DNA from: Pseudomonadota bacterium
GTDB lineage: Bacteria; Pseudomonadota; Alphaproteobacteria; Rhodobacterales; Rhodobacteraceae
Assembly: GCA_039192165.1 (NCBI GenBank)
Contig: JBCCXD010000005.1
Span: 110,727 to 174,726 of the forward strand
Direction of reading: 5' to 3'
Length of the DNA: 64,000 nt
Shown: positions 1 to 9,208 of the stretch, piece after piece
Numbering within the stretch: the stretch's first letter is position 1
How the letters are laid out: each line of letters starts with the position of its first letter
Position numbers and translations under genes: made by a program
Notes under the pieces: generated by a model
What the model saw: only the letters and a program-made list of their open reading frames with translations
Told to the model about the DNA's origin: nothing
Databases searched by the model: none

Positions 1-1
1 G

Positions 2-85
2 TTTTTAATGATCGCAACGTCGGCAGCATCCATTGCTGCGATTTTCTACGTCATCCAACGCGAAAAGAGACTCGCCGCAGGCTAA
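2..85 (+). CDS. 3' end of a membrane protein running in from the left edge (possibly an MFS transporter)
   Basis: Open frame FLMIATSAASIAAIFYVIQREKRLAAG-stop (TAA 83-85); hydrophobic helix then charged tail; identity not determinable. Confidence 0.45.
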   Translation, partial: FLMIATSAASIAAIFYVIQREKRLAAG

Positions 86-130
86 GCTGTGAAGGTCCTG
101 AAGTCCAAAGGGCACGCACCCTTGCCGATG

Positions 131-166
131 AAGTTTGCAAACTTTAGAATCAAGTTAGCAAACTTG
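131..166. promoter_or_regulatory. Tandem palindromic operator, probable autoregulatory site of the downstream PccR-type regulator
   Basis: AAGTTTGCAAACTT (131-144, perfect palindrome) and AAGTTAGCAAACTT (152-165), 21 bp apart; TTTGCAAA is the reported PccR half-site in Rhodobacter sphaeroides. Confidence 0.7.
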
Positions 167-177
167 GAAATCCAACC

Positions 178-1572
178 ATGCCCAGCCAGAAACTCTATGC
201 CGGCGCAAAGCTGCGGGAAACCCGAACCGGGCTGGGACTGACCCAGAAAGACTTCGCCATCAAGCTCGGTGTCTCCCTGCCCTACCTCAATCAAATGGAG
301 AACAATAACCGCCCGGTCTCCACCACGGTGCTGTTGTCCCTGGCCCAGGAATTTGGCTTCGATGTCACGCAGTTGAGCGCGGGGGAGAGCGAGCGGATGG
401 TCACCGATATGCGCGAGGCGCTGGCCGACCCTGTCTTCGACGGCACCGCGCCGCCTCTGGCTGATCTGAGGCTTGCATCGTCAAACGCACCCGCCCTGGC
501 ACACGCGTTCCTGCAGCTCCATCGCGCCTATCGCCAGACCCACGAACGCCTGGCCTCGCTCGACGAGGCGTTGGGGCGCGAAGATGCGACGCTGCAGCCG
601 TCGCCCTGGGAAGAGGTGCGCGATTTCTTCCATTACTGTGACAACTATATCGACGCAGTGGACCGGGCCGCCGAACATACCGCCACCCGGGTCGAAGGCG
701 ATCTTGAAGCCGGTATCCGCAAACTGCTCGCGCGGCGCGGGATCGCTGTCCAGTATGCCGACATACCGGAATTGCGCCTTTTTAACGTGACCTCAAGCGT
801 CTTGACCCTTTCGAACCGTGCCGCTCCGGAAACGCGCCGCTTTCAGCTTTTGGTTCAGTTGGCGCTTGTGGCGCAGAACGATCTGCTTGAGGCCACGCTC
901 GATCTTGCGCGCTTTCGCACCGATGCGGCCCGCGCAATCGCCAAGATTGGCCTTGCCAACTATTTTGCCGGTGCCGCCCTACTACCTTACGGCAGGTTCC
1001 TGCAGGCGGCGATTGACACCCGGCATGATCTGGAGCGGCTTGCAGACCAGTTTGGCGCATCGATCGAGCAGGTTGCGCACCGGCTCTCCACACTGCAGCG
1101 TCCCGGCGCCAAAGGCGTCCCGTTTTTCTTTGTACGTGTCGATCAGGCTGGCACGATTACCAAGCGCCACTCTGCAACCCGCCTGCAATTTGCGCGCTTT
1201 GGTGGGGCCTGCCCGCTCTGGAACGTCCATCAGGCGTTCGAAACCCCCGGCCGCTTCCTGCGCCAGCTCGCGGAAACTCCCGACGGAGTTCAGTACCTCT
1301 GCCTGGCGCGGGATGTGTCCAAATCCGGTGGCGCGTGGGGCGCCCCGACGCGGCGTTATGCGATTGGGCTGGGGGTTGAGGTGCGCCATGCAGAGTCTCT
1401 TGTCTATGCCGATGGGCTGGACCTGAGCCGCGGGTTCGAACCGATTGGTATCTCCTGCCGCATCTGCGAACGGCGCAATTGCCACCAAAGGTCCGTCCCG
1501 CCACTGGAGCGGCGTCTAAGCGTCGATCCGGGCACACGGGGCGTGCTGCCCTACACGGTGGAAGACGCCTGA
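178..1572 (+). CDS. pccR: Short-chain fatty acyl-CoA regulator (PccR/PrpR/RamB family; XRE HTH, IrrE-like and C-terminal Cys-rich domains)
   Basis: N-terminal KLYAGAKLRE HTH; RVDQAGTITKRHSATRLQFARFGGACPLW; C-terminal CRICERxxCxQR. Confidence 0.85.
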   Translation: MPSQKLYAGAKLRETRTGLGLTQKDFAIKLGVSLPYLNQMENNNRPVSTTVLLSLAQEFGFDVTQLSAGESERMVTDMREALADPVFDGTAPPLADLRLASSNAPALAHAFLQLHRAYRQTHERLASLDEALGREDATLQPSPWEEVRDFFHYCDNYIDAVDRAAEHTATRVEGDLEAGIRKLLARRGIAVQYADIPELRLFNVTSSVLTLSNRAAPETRRFQLLVQLALVAQNDLLEATLDLARFRTDAARAIAKIGLANYFAGAALLPYGRFLQAAIDTRHDLERLADQFGASIEQVAHRLSTLQRPGAKGVPFFFVRVDQAGTITKRHSATRLQFARFGGACPLWNVHQAFETPGRFLRQLAETPDGVQYLCLARDVSKSGGAWGAPTRRYAIGLGVEVRHAESLVYADGLDLSRGFEPIGISCRICERRNCHQRSVPPLERRLSVDPGTRGVLPYTVEDA

Positions 1573-1578
1573 GAGGAA

Positions 1579-1606
1579 CCGCCCGACCTTACAGGCCGGG
1601 CGGTGG
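1579..1606. terminator. GC-rich hairpin between convergent genes
   Basis: accgcccgacct-tac-aggccgggcggt inverted repeat between the pccR and ydcH stops. Confidence 0.5.
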
Positions 1607-1654
1607 TCGTTCCGGCGCCCCCACTTGCGCCGTCCATTCGAAACAGGTGAACCC

Positions 1655-1903
1655 TCACGTGGTCGGTGCAGAGGCGAGGATCGACCTGATCTCATCCTTG
1701 AGGCGCATACGCGCGCGGCGCAACTCTTCTTCTGCTTCTTGTGACATGGCATCTACACGCGTTTCCGCGCGATGCACTGCCCGGTTCACCTCATGATATT
1801 CGTCAAACAATCGTGCAAAATGCGCGTCGCTGGTCTTCAGCATAGACATTAGCTCGGTCTTGTCCGGAAATTCCTCTGCCAGTTCATGGGGCGTGTGCGA
1901 CAT
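1655..1903 (-). CDS. YdcH family (DUF465) small coiled-coil protein
   Basis: MSHTPHELAEEFP...DAHFARLFDEYHEVNRAVHRAE...RMRLKDEI. Confidence 0.85.
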   Translation of the reverse strand: MSHTPHELAEEFPDKTELMSMLKTSDAHFARLFDEYHEVNRAVHRAETRVDAMSQEAEEELRRARMRLKDEIRSILASAPTT

Positions 1904-1962
1904 CAACTTCTCCCGTATGTCCCTTATCTCAAGACACCTTAGCCACTGTTCTGGCGCGCTCC

Positions 1963-1976
1963 TTGATCCTGGTCAA
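1963..1976. promoter_or_regulatory. FNR/FnrL-type box upstream of the DUF465 gene
   Basis: TTGAT-cctg-GTCAA fits TTGAY-N4-RTCAA, about 60 bp upstream of the start on the minus strand. Confidence 0.55.
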
Positions 1977-2004
1977 ACACGCATCGCACATGGCCTTTCG
2001 TTTT

Positions 2005-2907
2005 TTACCCCTTTGTCTCCGGGACCGAGGGTGTGCGCGCACGGCGGCGTAGCTGCGCTTCGCGCCACGACATGAACGAGATTGCACTGACGATCAGCCC
2101 GCCGCCCACCAAAACGTAAGCATCCACCGCTTCGCCAAAGACCACGGCCCCCAACGCTGTCGCCCAGACCAGCTGCAAAAAGGTCACCGGCTGGGTTACG
2201 GTGAGAGGCGCGGCCTGAAATGCGAGTGTCATCGTATAGTGCCCGGCTGTTGCAAAACACGCGACCCCGAACAAGATGGCCAGCTGCGTCGGCGTGACCG
2301 GGACCCAGACGGCGAGTGCAAAAGGCGCAAGCCCGAGCGACACCACAATTGAAAGGCCAGCCACAACAATGGCCGGGTCAGAGTTCTCGGCCAGTTTCTT
2401 GGCGAGCAAATAGCTGCCGGCAAAGCTGAGCGCAGTGAAGATCATTGCGATATGCCCCGGGCTGAGGTCTCGAAAACCGGGGCGCAAAATGATCGCGGCC
2501 CCCAGGAGCGCCACGCAGATCGCAGCTATTCGTCGCGCCGCGAGCTTCTCGCCCATAAAGAGCGCAGCTCCAAGCGTCACATAGACCGGGCTGAGGTAGT
2601 TCATCGCCGTCACTTCAGCGATCGGAATCTGGGTCATGGCGAAGAACCAGGCCATCACCCCACCGGTATGGATCAGGCCACGCGCCGCAAAGAGCCTGAG
2701 CTCGGCGCCGGAGAGCCTCAAGGACAGCAAGCGTCCTGCAATCGGGATCAGAAAGACAAGGCCCAGAACATATCGCAGGAAAGCCGATTGAGCGGCAGGG
2801 ATCGCGTCGCCGATGGTCTTAACAAGCGCCGTGACGGCCACGAAGCAAAACCCGGTCACAATCATCCAGATGATGCCGGCCACAGGCCGTGAAGCACTTG
2901 GGGTCAT
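2005..2907 (-). CDS. DMT/EamA family transporter
   Basis: 300 aa, about 10 TM helices, two EamA-like repeats. Confidence 0.85.
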   Translation of the reverse strand: MTPSASRPVAGIIWMIVTGFCFVAVTALVKTIGDAIPAAQSAFLRYVLGLVFLIPIAGRLLSLRLSGAELRLFAARGLIHTGGVMAWFFAMTQIPIAEVTAMNYLSPVYVTLGAALFMGEKLAARRIAAICVALLGAAIILRPGFRDLSPGHIAMIFTALSFAGSYLLAKKLAENSDPAIVVAGLSIVVSLGLAPFALAVWVPVTPTQLAILFGVACFATAGHYTMTLAFQAAPLTVTQPVTFLQLVWATALGAVVFGEAVDAYVLVGGGLIVSAISFMSWREAQLRRRARTPSVPETKG

Positions 2908-2948
2908 TGCCCAGAACTCTCACGCACGGCACACGGGCGCAAGGCCGC

Positions 2949-3572
2949 TCAGGGCAATCCCTGCCACAGAAGTTTTATGGCAATCGCCCACATCGTCAGA
3001 GCAATCACCGCGTCCAGAATGCGCCAAGCAGCCGGACGCGCGAATACCGGCGCAAGGATGCTTGCCCCATAACCCAGTATGCAAAAGAAGACGGCCGATG
3101 CGGTCGCGGCACCGACACCAAACCAAACCTCCGCACCGGGAAAGCCGCGCGACAGGGCGCCCAGAAGGATAACGGTGTCGAGGTAGACATGCGGATTGGC
3201 CCAGGTCAGTGCAAGACAGGTCAGAACCGCCGCACGTAAACTTTGGTCCGCGCCATCCCCTGCCTGCAGTGCAGCCCCGCCGCGCAAAGCGGCAAAAGCA
3301 TGGAGAATGCCATACCAGACCAGCACCGCAGCACCGCCATAAAGCAGGAGCGGAGCGACAGCCGGGAATCTCGCCTCAACCCTGGCAAACCCTGTAACAC
3401 CGAAAGCGATCAGCAGGCATTCCGAGAGGATACAGGTCAGAACCACGGGTGTTACATGGCGTCCCCGCAACCCCTGCCGAAGGACAAACGCATTTTGGGC
3501 GCCAATCGCCAGAATAAGTTGCAGGCTTACGGCAAATCCGGCCGCGGCTGCCGTCCAGATTGCGCCTGTCAT
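2949..3572 (-). CDS. argO: LysE/ArgO family amino acid exporter
   Basis: LILAIGAQNAFVLRQGL and LTWANPHVYLDTVILLG signature motifs. Confidence 0.9.
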   Translation of the reverse strand: MTGAIWTAAAAGFAVSLQLILAIGAQNAFVLRQGLRGRHVTPVVLTCILSECLLIAFGVTGFARVEARFPAVAPLLLYGGAAVLVWYGILHAFAALRGGAALQAGDGADQSLRAAVLTCLALTWANPHVYLDTVILLGALSRGFPGAEVWFGVGAATASAVFFCILGYGASILAPVFARPAAWRILDAVIALTMWAIAIKLLWQGLP

Positions 3573-3650
3573 CCCCTGCCTCCAGATCTCGCCCGGCGCT
3601 CTTTAGACCGCAGCAAAGCCGAAGTATAGCCACCCGTTTCGACAGCCCGG

Positions 3651-4298
3651 CTAAGCGCGGCGCCGACGCAACCAGAGCTCCAGGACCAGCAGGTAAGGCA
3701 GGTAAAATGCAAAGACCTGAATCTGATCGAACGCGCCGCGCAGGTCAGGCTGGGAGCCCCAGCCACCGGTCAGCAGGTACCACAGCCCATAATGGACCCG
3801 AAACATCCACGACGCGAGGGCCAGCACCACCAGCCGCAAAGCCCATTGCCGGTGCGCCGCCCAGTCGCGTTCCCAAGCCCGCAAGCACAGCTTCAGGGAG
3901 GCAAGCAGCATCAGCGCACCATACATCGTAAATCCCACATCCATAAGCCGTCCGCCAAGTGTGCCGACATGGGCGATAAACCACAGACCCCCAAAGGCGG
4001 TGACAAGACAGGCAATCACCACGCCACGGCCCAGCATGCGATGAATTTCGGGCCAGCGCCCGTAAGCCCCGAGCGCCGCCTGGACCGGCACCAGCAGGGT
4101 GATCACAGCGCCGGCGATCATGTGCACCATCAGCGCATTTGTTGGCCCCGGAGCATCTGGCCGCCAAAGATAGGTCTCGCCCGACAGATCCTGAGTGAGC
4201 CCTCGCCAGCCGAAATCGAGCGCATAGAGCGCGAATGGAAGCACAAGCACGCACAGACCCGCCAGTCCCAGCCGCCGCATGATCTGAACTCGTGCCAC
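3651..4298 (-). CDS. DUF2306-type membrane protein
   Basis: HMIAG...HRMLGR...AHRQWALR His motifs in a multi-TM protein; start uncertain. Confidence 0.7.
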   Translation of the reverse strand: MARVQIMRRLGLAGLCVLVLPFALYALDFGWRGLTQDLSGETYLWRPDAPGPTNALMVHMIAGAVITLLVPVQAALGAYGRWPEIHRMLGRGVVIACLVTAFGGLWFIAHVGTLGGRLMDVGFTMYGALMLLASLKLCLRAWERDWAAHRQWALRLVVLALASWMFRVHYGLWYLLTGGWGSQPDLRGAFDQIQVFAFYLPYLLVLELWLRRRRA

Positions 4299-4364
4299 TT
4301 CAGCCCTTTCTTCTTTGTCGAAATACTCAAATCCTGCCGCCGACTGTGAGAGCGAACGCCCGGC

Positions 4365-6143
4365 TCAGAGCGGCCACACCACGAGCAATACCGGAATGCT
4401 CACAGCGATGATGAGGATCTCCAGCGGAAGCCCCATGCGCCAGTAGTCACCAAAACCGTATCCCCCGGGCCCCATTATCAGCGTATTGTTCTTGTGCCCA
4501 ATGGGTGTCAGGAACGCGGCCGAGGCAGCAACAGCAACCGCCATCAAGAACGGATCGGGGGACACTCCCAGCGCCCGTGCCATTTCTATGCCAACCGGCG
4601 CTGCGACAATCGTCGTCGCTGTATTATTGAGCACATCCGAAAGGGTCATGGTCACAACCATCAACGCGGTTAGAACCGCCCAGGCCGGCCACCCGGTGGT
4701 GAGATTAAGCAGTGTATTGGCCAGAAGCTCAGTTCCGCCCGAAGCCTCAAGCGCCGCGCCCAGCGGAATCATCGACCCAAGCAGTACCACCACCGGCCAT
4801 TCTATATGGGTGTACAGCTCAGACACCGGCAGGATCTTGAAGAGTACATAGGCCATCGCGACAAGCCCCAGCGCCACCGGAAGGTAGAGCCAACCAAGGG
4901 CAGCGGCTGCGACCGCCGCGGCGAAAATCCCGATCGCGAGCCATGTTTTGCTGTCTTGAGTAACCGCCGCGCCCCGGTCGGCCAGCGGCAGGACGCCGAG
5001 CCACTCTATAACATCGTCGCGGGCGGTCTCCGGGGTCAGCAAGAGCAGGATATCGCCCGAGCGCAGGGGGGTCTTGCGCACCTGTTCGGTGATGCGTTTG
5101 CCTTCCCGCGCGACCCCCATCAGAACCGTACGCTGCCGCCACGCAAGGCCCACACCCTGAGCGGATTTGCCATTGATACGCGAGCTGTCTGTGACGACGG
5201 CCTCTACGTATGTGACGCCTGATCCCTCGGCCTCCAGGCTCTCGAGCCGCTTTGTGTCGGAAAAAACAAGCTTTGTGGCCGCCCGAAACTCCTCGAGTGC
5301 TTCGGGGCGCGCTTCCAGCACAAGCGCGTCTCCGGCCTCAAGCATAATGAAGCGTGAAGCAAAGCGGCGCTTGTTGTCGCGGACTACTCCAAGAATGGCA
5401 ACATCCGCTTTCTCGGCCTCGTCAAACAGATCCTCCAGACGCCTGCCAATCTGGGAACTCCCCTCAGGCACGGTAAGTTCTGCGATATAGTCGGAAAACT
5501 GTTCCAGCCCCTTTCCTGCCTGCGCCTCATCTGCGCGCATCGGGATCAAACGCCATCCGATCATCGCCACGAAAGCCAACCCGACCAAAGCCGCGGCGCC
5601 GCCGACAGGTGCAAAGTCAAACATCTTGAACGGCGTGCCGACCGCCTCCTCTCGGATCGCCGCGATGATGATATTGGGCGGGGTCCCGATTAGTGTAACC
5701 ATCCCGCCAAGGATGGTCGCAAAGCTGAGCGGCATAAGCGTCAGCCCGGCGATCCGCCCCGCTTTTCGCGCGGTGGCGATGTCAACCGGCATCAGCAGCG
5801 CCAGCGCCGCAACATTGTTCATGAAGGCCGAGAGTACCGCGCCGACGCCGCCCATAATCGCGATATGCGCTCCAAGCGTGCGCGAAGGATCAACCAGCAT
5901 GCGTGTGATCAGCAGAACCGCACCCGAGCGCACCAACCCCGCCGAGACAACCAGAACCAGCGCCACAACGATCGTGGCTGGGTGCCCGAAGCCTGCAAAC
6001 GCGCTGCTGGCTGGCACGAGGCCCAGCACCACGGCCAGCAGCAGCGCGCTAAAGGCCACAATGTCATAGCGGATGCGTCCCCAAAGCAGCAGGGCAAAGA
6101 CGAAGCCAAATAGGGAAAACAGCAGGGTTTGTTCAAGGGTCAT
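4365..6143 (-). CDS. SLC13 family permease with TrkA-C domains
   Basis: FMNNVAALA, TLIGTPPNII, TPIGHKNNTLIMGPGGY motifs; central soluble TrkA-C region. Confidence 0.9.
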   Translation of the reverse strand: MTLEQTLLFSLFGFVFALLLWGRIRYDIVAFSALLLAVVLGLVPASSAFAGFGHPATIVVALVLVVSAGLVRSGAVLLITRMLVDPSRTLGAHIAIMGGVGAVLSAFMNNVAALALLMPVDIATARKAGRIAGLTLMPLSFATILGGMVTLIGTPPNIIIAAIREEAVGTPFKMFDFAPVGGAAALVGLAFVAMIGWRLIPMRADEAQAGKGLEQFSDYIAELTVPEGSSQIGRRLEDLFDEAEKADVAILGVVRDNKRRFASRFIMLEAGDALVLEARPEALEEFRAATKLVFSDTKRLESLEAEGSGVTYVEAVVTDSSRINGKSAQGVGLAWRQRTVLMGVAREGKRITEQVRKTPLRSGDILLLLTPETARDDVIEWLGVLPLADRGAAVTQDSKTWLAIGIFAAAVAAAALGWLYLPVALGLVAMAYVLFKILPVSELYTHIEWPVVVLLGSMIPLGAALEASGGTELLANTLLNLTTGWPAWAVLTALMVVTMTLSDVLNNTATTIVAAPVGIEMARALGVSPDPFLMAVAVAASAAFLTPIGHKNNTLIMGPGGYGFGDYWRMGLPLEILIIAVSIPVLLVVWPL

Positions 6144-6339
6144 TTGGCAACGCTAGCGTGCGACCACGCGCAGTGGAATTCCGTTTGGCAAATCACCGGT
6201 GCGTTAATAACCATAAGATGAGAATTTGGTCACGGTTTTTGTCCAAGTCTTCATGTGCGTGTGATCGGGCCAGCCTTTAGGGTCGTCTCTGCATTGGCCA
6301 GTGCACTGCTTGCTTCTTTCACACTAAGGAGACGATGAC

Positions 6340-6771
6340 GTGAAAACTCTTTTGACAGCCGCCGTTGTGGCGGCAGGCATGGCCGCGACCACCCTTCCCG
6401 CTCTGGCCGGAAACCAGCTGGCCGTCGCCATCGGGGGCTATGATACGGTGTCCTACCACACCAGCGAACCGACCATGGGCGAGGCGCGGTTCAACCATTT
6501 CCACAATGGCGCGATCTGGTATTTCGCCTCGGAAGGCAACCGAGATCTCTTTGCGGCCGATCCAGAGCGCTATGCGCCGGCTTATGACGGCTATTGCTCG
6601 TGGGCGGCGAGCCAGGGCTACAAGGCCCCGGGTGACCCGAATGTCTGGGAGATCGTTGACAACACGCTCTACGTCCAGGTGCACCCCCGCGCGCAGGAGC
6701 TTTGGCAGGCCGATATCCCCGCGCATATTGTGGCCGGTGACGAGAACTGGCCGCGTATCCATCCTTTCTAA
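6340..6771 (+). CDS. Exported YHS-domain protein (Cys form of the YHS (seleno)protein family)
   Basis: Signal peptide; AIGGYDTVSY, WYFASEGNRDLFAADPERYAPAYDGYC. Confidence 0.85.
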   Translation: MKTLLTAAVVAAGMAATTLPALAGNQLAVAIGGYDTVSYHTSEPTMGEARFNHFHNGAIWYFASEGNRDLFAADPERYAPAYDGYCSWAASQGYKAPGDPNVWEIVDNTLYVQVHPRAQELWQADIPAHIVAGDENWPRIHPF

Positions 6772-6795
6772 GGCGCACACATTGACATCCGTCGG

Positions 6796-6822
6796 GGGCG
6801 CCGTGATTTCGCGGCGCCCTTT
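6796..6822 (+). terminator. Probable intrinsic terminator after the YHS gene
   Basis: gggcgccgtg-attt-cgcggcgccc stem followed by ttt. Confidence 0.5.
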
Positions 6823-6884
6823 GGCATGCGGCCCGGCCGCCGCACCGGACCCCGGAGCAGTTCGGCAAAGAAGAAAGATCGTCG

Positions 6885-7262
6885 CTAGGATTTAATCTCC
6901 TGTCCGAACATCAGCAAGTGCGGGCCTTCGATGACATGCAGTTCGCGCTGGCCGTAGTATTGATCAAAGGGTGCACGTACCCGTTCCGTCGGGAGCGTGT
7001 CGAGAAAAGGCTTCATGCTTTCAAAGAGCGCATCGACATCGTCCACGTCGAAATAGACGATGTGCTGCGCATCTACGCTTTCGAGGTTGACCTCAGGTTC
7101 CGCGTGGAGGAGCCGCAGCGCCGCGCCCTCGCAATAAACATAGGCGTAGTTCTGGCTCGGCTCGGTAAAACCGACCGTGAACCCCAGCCCCTCGTAGAAC
7201 CGGATCGACGCCGCAAGGTCGTCGGTCAGAAGCATCGGCGTGACTTGTTTCACTTTCAGCAT
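6885..7262 (-). CDS. VOC family (glyoxalase/bleomycin resistance) protein
   Basis: [22 protein letters not shown]...[10 protein letters not shown]...[12 protein letters not shown]; ATG at 7262 preceded by AAGGAG. Confidence 0.85.
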   Translation of the reverse strand: MLKVKQVTPMLLTDDLAASIRFYEGLGFTVGFTEPSQNYAYVYCEGAALRLLHAEPEVNLESVDAQHIVYFDVDDVDALFESMKPFLDTLPTERVRAPFDQYYGQRELHVIEGPHLLMFGQEIKS

Positions 7263-7337
7263 GGCTGCTCCTTGCGGCGGGGGGCTTGTCTTGGGTATAG
7301 CACCTCGAAACGAGACGAACCAAACGGAGTGCGCCCC

Positions 7338-8078
7338 ATGGCCGGCCATTCAAAATGGGCAAATATTCAGCATCGCAAGGGCCGTCAGGACGCCGCGCGG
7401 TCAAAGCTGTTTTCCAAGCTCGCCAAGGAGATCACCGTGGCGGCGAAAATGGGCGACCCGGACCCGGACAAGAACCCCCGCCTCCGCCTGGCGGTAAAGG
7501 AAGCCAAGTCGCAATCGGTGCCCAAGGACGTGATCGACCGCGCGATCAAGAAATCGCAAGGCGGCGACGCGGAGAATTACGACGAGATCCGCTATGAGGG
7601 CTATGGCCCCGGCGGCGTCGCGGTGATCGTGGAGGCGATGACGGATAATCGCAACCGGACGGCATCAACCGTGCGCTCAACGTTTTCAAAGAATGGCGGG
7701 AACCTTGGGGAGACCGGTTCGGTCAGCTTCATGTTCGACCGCAAGGGGGAGATCGTCTATCCGGCCGCCGCAGGCGACGCGGACACCGTTATGATGGCTG
7801 CGATTGAGGCGGGTGCCGAGGATGTCGAAAGCTCTGATGAGGGCCACACGATCTGGTGCGAGGATACAGACCTGAACGAAGTGTCGGGCGCTCTGGAAGC
7901 CGAGCTGGGCGAAAGCGAGGCCACGCGGCTGGTCTGGAAGCCACAAACCACGACCGAGTTGGGTCTGGAAGAAATGCAGAAGCTGATGAAGCTCTTGGAT
8001 GCGCTGGAAGATGATGACGACATCCAGAAGGTGACCGCGAATTTTGAAACCTCGGACGAGGTGATGGCGCAGCTTTAG
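7338..8078 (+). CDS. yebC: YebC/PmpR family protein
   Basis: [36 protein letters not shown]; start moved from 6918 to the canonical MAGHSKW. Confidence 0.97.
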   Translation: MAGHSKWANIQHRKGRQDAARSKLFSKLAKEITVAAKMGDPDPDKNPRLRLAVKEAKSQSVPKDVIDRAIKKSQGGDAENYDEIRYEGYGPGGVAVIVEAMTDNRNRTASTVRSTFSKNGGNLGETGSVSFMFDRKGEIVYPAAAGDADTVMMAAIEAGAEDVESSDEGHTIWCEDTDLNEVSGALEAELGESEATRLVWKPQTTTELGLEEMQKLMKLLDALEDDDDIQKVTANFETSDEVMAQL

Positions 8079-8233
8079 TTGCGTGTCTAAAGCCGATCGG
8101 GTCCCGGCTTGGGACTTGGATTGTTCCGCGCTTGCAGCGAAGGTCCGGTTTGAGCCCACATTGACTTAGTAGTCTCCAAAGTGCCCAACTAAAACGGTGC
8201 AAGTGTTGCTGCTAACCAGACTAAAGGCGTTGA

Positions 8234-8572
8234 ATGCGGGTTGCTTGGAAAATGGTCGGAACAGGGGGCGCCAGTTTCGCGGCGGCATGGCTGCTGTTTG
8301 TATCGATTTATCGACCATCCGACCATGACTACCTCATCACCACAACATCGTATTACTTCAAGCGTATGTCTGAAATCGGGCACACCGGCGCTGTATCGTT
8401 TTCGGATTGTAGGCTCGAAGAAGCTGACGCCTCCGACCGAGATATGGGAGTTTCGATGTTTGGGCTTTGTCGGACTGAGAGCGACGGGGAAACGTTTCAC
8501 TTTGCCATCGCTATGAGCCTTACCGCGAATTTCGTTTACGCTGACATGGAACGGCGAAGCGCTGACGATTGA
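8234..8572 (+). CDS. Hypothetical protein with an N-terminal TM anchor
   Basis: 112 aa ORF filling the gap between two repeat spacers; hydrophobic N-terminus; no family recognised. Confidence 0.55.
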   Translation: MRVAWKMVGTGGASFAAAWLLFVSIYRPSDHDYLITTTSYYFKRMSEIGHTGAVSFSDCRLEEADASDRDMGVSMFGLCRTESDGETFHFAIAMSLTANFVYADMERRSADD

Positions 8573-8729
8573 CGGCAGCTTTGTCCGCAAAGCGGTTGTT
8601 CATGCAGAGCGCAGCGAATGGCAGCAACGAGTCCAACCTGACCGATGCTGCGCGTTGCTCGAATTTCTGCTAAGGCAGCAAATAGACTTGATATGGCACC
8701 ATGCTACAAGAGGAAGGTGGACCAAAAGG

Positions 8730-9143
8730 ATGCGGTTGGCTCGTCTTTGCATACTGTGGGTTTTGGTACTTTGTCCCCATGCGTTGAGAGCTGACACCGA
8801 GATTGATCCAGCATTGTTGGGTCGAGCATTGGGTTTCGATTTGTCCTACCAGCGGGAGTGCGTAGGACCTGTCCCACCTACGCGAGGACAAATGGTCTTT
8901 CTAACAGAGTACTCGGCAGCTTTGGTTCAGTTCTCCAAGCGCTTTCCCGGCGTCGAAAGCGCCGAATTCTTATATGAGTTCATACACAGTTCTGTGCGAA
9001 CTCAATTTGACTGTACGGAAGCACTGACGGAACGGGACAGGTATTGGGACGCTCTCCTGAGCAGGGGCTTGACCAAGGATTGTCTGATTAGGGCGATATC
9101 CGATAACAACGATTTGGACCCATGCTTGCAGCTAGACCAATGA
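8730..9143 (+). CDS. Hypothetical exported protein with four Cys in the mature part
   Basis: Signal-peptide-like MRLARLCILWVLVLCPHALRA from ATG 8730 (ORF track start 8655 lies in the repeat spacer). Confidence 0.6.
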   Translation: MRLARLCILWVLVLCPHALRADTEIDPALLGRALGFDLSYQRECVGPVPPTRGQMVFLTEYSAALVQFSKRFPGVESAEFLYEFIHSSVRTQFDCTEALTERDRYWDALLSRGLTKDCLIRAISDNNDLDPCLQLDQ

Positions 9144-9208
9144 GCGGACGTTAGCACACTCGCGGCGAACAGCTGCTTCGTCCGCTTCGAGCCCGTCTAA
9201 CGGGAGTC

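Noticed and set aside
6340-6771. Selenoprotein recoding in the YHS-domain gene
   Set aside because: The GYC position is an ordinary Cys codon (TGC); no in-frame TGA
6918-7337. 140 aa N-terminal extension of YebC in the ORF track
   Set aside because: It is the antisense of the VOC gene; canonical MAGHSKW start has its own RBS at 7338
9144-9205. Classical integron attC site (GTTAGCA at 9150 and GTCTAAC at 9195 resemble core sites)
   Set aside because: Order is GTT...AAC on both strands, the reverse of RYYYAAC...GTTRRRY; other spacers lack these boxes and no intI is in the window
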